Origin: Spirochaetaceae bacterium
GTDB taxonomy: Bacteria; Spirochaetota; Spirochaetia; DSM-27196; PXBQ01
Direction: 5' to 3'
Assembly: GCA_003566875.1 (NCBI GenBank)
Contig: PXBQ01000192.1
Location: 1 to 26,628, forward strand
DNA length: 26,628 bases
Shown: positions 24,307 through 26,628 of the stretch, one piece after another
Position numbering within the stretch: position 1 is the stretch's first letter
How the letters are laid out: every line of letters starts with the position of its first letter
Translations under genes and position numbers: made by a program
The notes under the pieces: model-generated
Databases searched by the model: none
Told to the model about the DNA's origin: nothing
The model's input: the letters and a program-made list of their open reading frames with translations, nothing else

Positions 24307-25170
24307 GTGGTTCGGGGAATGTACACAGCTGCAAGCGGCATGACCGCGCAGCAACACCGGCTTGACGCGTTGACGAACAACCTGGCCAACGTCGACACGA
24401 CCGGTTTCAAACGCGACCAGGCCGTGTATAAGGCTTTTCCGGAGCTTCTGCTTCGCAGGATGAGCGACGACGGCGTCCTGCGCATTCCGTATCGAGCGCA
24501 GATGCCGTGGGGTTCGATCGACAAGGCACCGGTGGTCGGCCGCCTTGGAACGGGTGTGGAACTCAACGAGATATACACGATTTTCGAGCAAGGCAGCTTC
24601 AAGGAGTCCGGTAACCCGTTCGACCTCGCTCTCGAGGGGCGAGGTTTTTTCGTCGTCGAGACACCGAACGGAGAAAGATTGACGCGTAACGGGAGTTTCC
24701 ACGTCGACCCGTCCGGATACCTTGTGACGAAAGACGGTTTCCCGGTTCTCGGCGAAGAAGGGCCGATTCGTGTGACGATGAACAACTTCGTCGTCGACGA
24801 GGACGGACGCGTTTTTGCGAACGATGTATACCGAGACCCGGACCGACTGGTTTCGATGATCGAGAACCAATGGGAAGAGACGATCGAACTCGACCGGCTT
24901 CGGTTGGTCGAAGTGCCGAACGATCGGTATCTCGAGAAACAAGGTTCGAGCCTGTGGCGGACCACGTGGGACTCGGGCGACGCGGAGATCGCCGCAGAGG
25001 GCTTTCGACCCCGCGTTCATCAGGGTTTTCTCGAGACCGCAAACGTGAATCCGGTCACCGAAATGGTGGAGATGATCGAGGTGAACCGGGCGTACGAAGC
25101 GAATCAGAAGGTTATTCAAACGCAGGATGCGACGACCGGCAAGTTGATCAACGAAGTCTTGCGAATGTAG
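24307..25170 (+). CDS. flgF: Flagellar rod protein FlgF/FlhO-type (hook-basal body protein)
   Basis: MVRGMYTAASGM, NNLANVDTTGFKRD, DLALEGRGFF, TRNGSF, GFLETANVNPVTEMVEMI; first of a tandem rod-gene pair. Confidence 0.87.
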   Translation: MVRGMYTAASGMTAQQHRLDALTNNLANVDTTGFKRDQAVYKAFPELLLRRMSDDGVLRIPYRAQMPWGSIDKAPVVGRLGTGVELNEIYTIFEQGSFKESGNPFDLALEGRGFFVVETPNGERLTRNGSFHVDPSGYLVTKDGFPVLGEEGPIRVTMNNFVVDEDGRVFANDVYRDPDRLVSMIENQWEETIELDRLRLVEVPNDRYLEKQGSSLWRTTWDSGDAEIAAEGFRPRVHQGFLETANVNPVTEMVEMIEVNRAYEANQKVIQTQDATTGKLINEVLRM

Positions 25171-25182
25171 TGAGGTAGAAAA

Positions 25183-25977
25183 ATGGTACGTTCCCTTTGG
25201 ACCGCAGCGGCCGGCATGAATGGACAGCAGTTCAATATCGACACGATCGCGAATAATCTCTCTAACGTGAACACGACCGGTTTCAAGAAAAACCGACCCG
25301 ATTTTGAGGATCTCTTGTACCAGACCGTCCGGACCGCCGGCACCCCGGCGACCGAGAACACCTTGGTTCCGGTCGGAGAACAGTTTGGTCACGGTGTTCG
25401 CGTCGCGGCGACGCAGAAGATTTTCACGCAAGGATCGCTTCAAAACACCGATGTCGTCAGCGACATCGCGATCGAGGGCGAAGGATTCTTTCGCGTCTTG
25501 ACGTACGACGGCTCGTTTGCGTACACACGCGACGGTGCGTTCAAGATCGACTCGAATGGTCAGTTCGTCACGTCGAAAGGGTATCGTGTTGTCCCGGATA
25601 TCATTATGCCCGAGGGCTTCATACGCGAATCGATCGCGATCTCGGCCGACGGGCGCGTCTCGGTGAACCTTCCGGGGATCGACGATCCGATCGACGTCGC
25701 TCAAATCGAAGTCTACCGATTCGTGAACCCGGCAGGTTTGACCGCCGTCGGTGAGAACCTCTTCAAGGTCACGTCTGCGTCGGGCGATCCGATCGCCGGG
25801 CAACCGGGGTTCGACGGGATGGGCCGGCTTCTGCACAAATTTATCGAAATGAGCAATGTTGAAGCGGTAAACGAGATGGTAAACATGATTGTCGCGCAAA
25901 GAGCGTACGAGATGAGTTCAAAGGCGATTCAGACCTCGGACACGATGCTGGGAATCGCGGCAAATCTCAAACGATAA
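25183..25977 (+). CDS. flgG: Flagellar distal rod protein FlgG
   Basis: MVRSLWTAAAGM, IANNLSNVNTTGFKKNR..FEDLLYQ, TRDGAFKIDSNGQ, YRFVNPAGL, EMSNVEAVNEMVNMIVAQRAYE. Confidence 0.96.
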   Translation: MVRSLWTAAAGMNGQQFNIDTIANNLSNVNTTGFKKNRPDFEDLLYQTVRTAGTPATENTLVPVGEQFGHGVRVAATQKIFTQGSLQNTDVVSDIAIEGEGFFRVLTYDGSFAYTRDGAFKIDSNGQFVTSKGYRVVPDIIMPEGFIRESIAISADGRVSVNLPGIDDPIDVAQIEVYRFVNPAGLTAVGENLFKVTSASGDPIAGQPGFDGMGRLLHKFIEMSNVEAVNEMVNMIVAQRAYEMSSKAIQTSDTMLGIAANLKR

Positions 25978-26002
25978 AGCCCGTTCAACGAAGGAATAAG
26001 GC

Positions 26003-26344
26003 ATGATCGACGCAGTATTTGATCGTCACACTGTCGCGAACGCGCGGACGCCTGAAATGCCGCGCGTCCCGGTCAACGCCGATGAGGCGCGGCTGCGAGA
26101 AGTCACGCGCGATTTTGAGGCGATTTTTGTGAAAACGATGCTTGATTCGATGCGAAACACATTGAACCGAGAGTCACGCATGTTCGACGGCGGCATGGCC
26201 GAAGAGTTCTTTGAGGACATGCTTTATGAACAGTACGCAAAGAGAATGACCGAGACCGCGCGTCTCGGAATCGCCGATCTTTTGTATCAGCAGCTCTCGC
26301 CACAGGTTTCGACCGTTCCCGCGCGTGACGCGTATCGTGAATAA
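26003..26344 (+). CDS. flgJ: Single-domain FlgJ (rod-binding/rod cap protein, no muramidase domain)
   Basis: LREVTRDFEAIFVKTMLDSMR and FEDMLYEQYA...LGIADLLYQQL (Rod-binding domain); AAGG RBS. Confidence 0.85.
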   Translation: MIDAVFDRHTVANARTPEMPRVPVNADEARLREVTRDFEAIFVKTMLDSMRNTLNRESRMFDGGMAEEFFEDMLYEQYAKRMTETARLGIADLLYQQLSPQVSTVPARDAYRE

Positions 26345-26468
26345 CCAAAACGCCGGTACCGTATGATAAAGTGAACAGTTTTAGTGATTCTTTTCGCTCG
26401 GCCTGGCGCGGTTTTTTTAAATCTATTCCACGTAGAAAGTTATATGTTGTGCTTGTTGTTTGTATCAT

Positions 26469-26484
26469 TGGCACGCTATTTGCA
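26469..26484 (+). promoter_or_regulatory. Sigma54 (RpoN) -24/-12 promoter
   Basis: TGGCACG-CTAT-TTGCA is an exact match to TGGCACG-N4-TTGCW. The predicted +1 near 26495 is followed by RBS AGGAG (26496-26500) and ATG 26507. Confidence 0.85.
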
Positions 26485-26506
26485 TCATTAATGCCAGGAG
26501 CACGGC

Positions 26507-26628
26507 ATGGAAAAGAAGAATAGTTCTAAAACCGATAACGAATCGCTGAAAGCATACTTCGAAGAAATAAAAAAAACAACGCTCCTGACTTTTGAAGAGG
26601 AGCTGGACCTCTCTAAAAGGATCGAAAA
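26507..26628 (+). CDS. RNA polymerase sigma70-family factor, RpoS-like (no region 1.1); runs off the window end
   Basis: Hand translation MEKKNSSKTDNESLKAYFEEIKKTTLLTFEEELDLSKRIE matches region 1.2 (L..Y..EI...LLT.EEE..L..RI) starting at about residue 11; strong RBS. Too short for the ORF track. Confidence 0.8.
   Translation, partial: MEKKNSSKTDNESLKAYFEEIKKTTLLTFEEELDLSKRIE

Noticed and set aside
24187-25899. 570-aa antisense ORF across flgF/flgG, plus the many other overlapping ORFs in the track
   Set aside because: Shadow frames of high-GC, biased-codon genes; no motifs or RBS, and this one runs into the tRNA.
26394-26418. GC-rich patch plus T7 after flgJ as a terminator
   Set aside because: Only a 3-4 bp stem, not adjacent to the T run. 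Read-through from flgJ into the sigma gene remains possible.

Overview
A ~60% GC core-genome window from a spirochaete (class Spirochaetia, probably free-living or Treponema-like). The assignment rests on a P83/100-family gene, a fused PyrBI and a flgF-flgG-flgJ block without flgA/H/I. Gene order: 5'-truncated AlaA-type aminotransferase, gltX-glyQS-tyrS, a NitT/TauT-type ABC permease and ATPase, convergent rex-rlmK, a beta-propeller/HEAT protein, P83/100 and pyrBI. Next is a ~9 kb minus-strand envelope cluster: mlaE-mlaF-long mlaD-TPR lipoprotein-LysM/M23-PEGA, a structured RNA plus terminator, PBP1A and a truncated ParB-like protein. It is followed by a cNMP-TPR/Crp pair, tRNA-Thr(CGT), flgF-flgG-flgJ and the first 40 codons of a sigma factor that is not in the ORF track. 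No mobile elements, CRISPR arrays or defence genes were seen. Best leads: (1) a perfect sigma54 -24/-12 promoter in front of an RpoS-like sigma factor directly after flgJ, the arrangement known from Borrelia; (2) a minimal ParB CTPase-domain protein with a C-terminal amphipathic helix and no DNA-binding domain, next to PBP1A; (3) a candidate sRNA with a C-rich anti-Shine-Dalgarno loop that can pair with the flgF ribosome-binding site; (4) an MCE transporter whose partner is a TPR lipoprotein; (5) apparently leaderless envelope genes. All family calls come from motif recognition by eye; no database searches were run.
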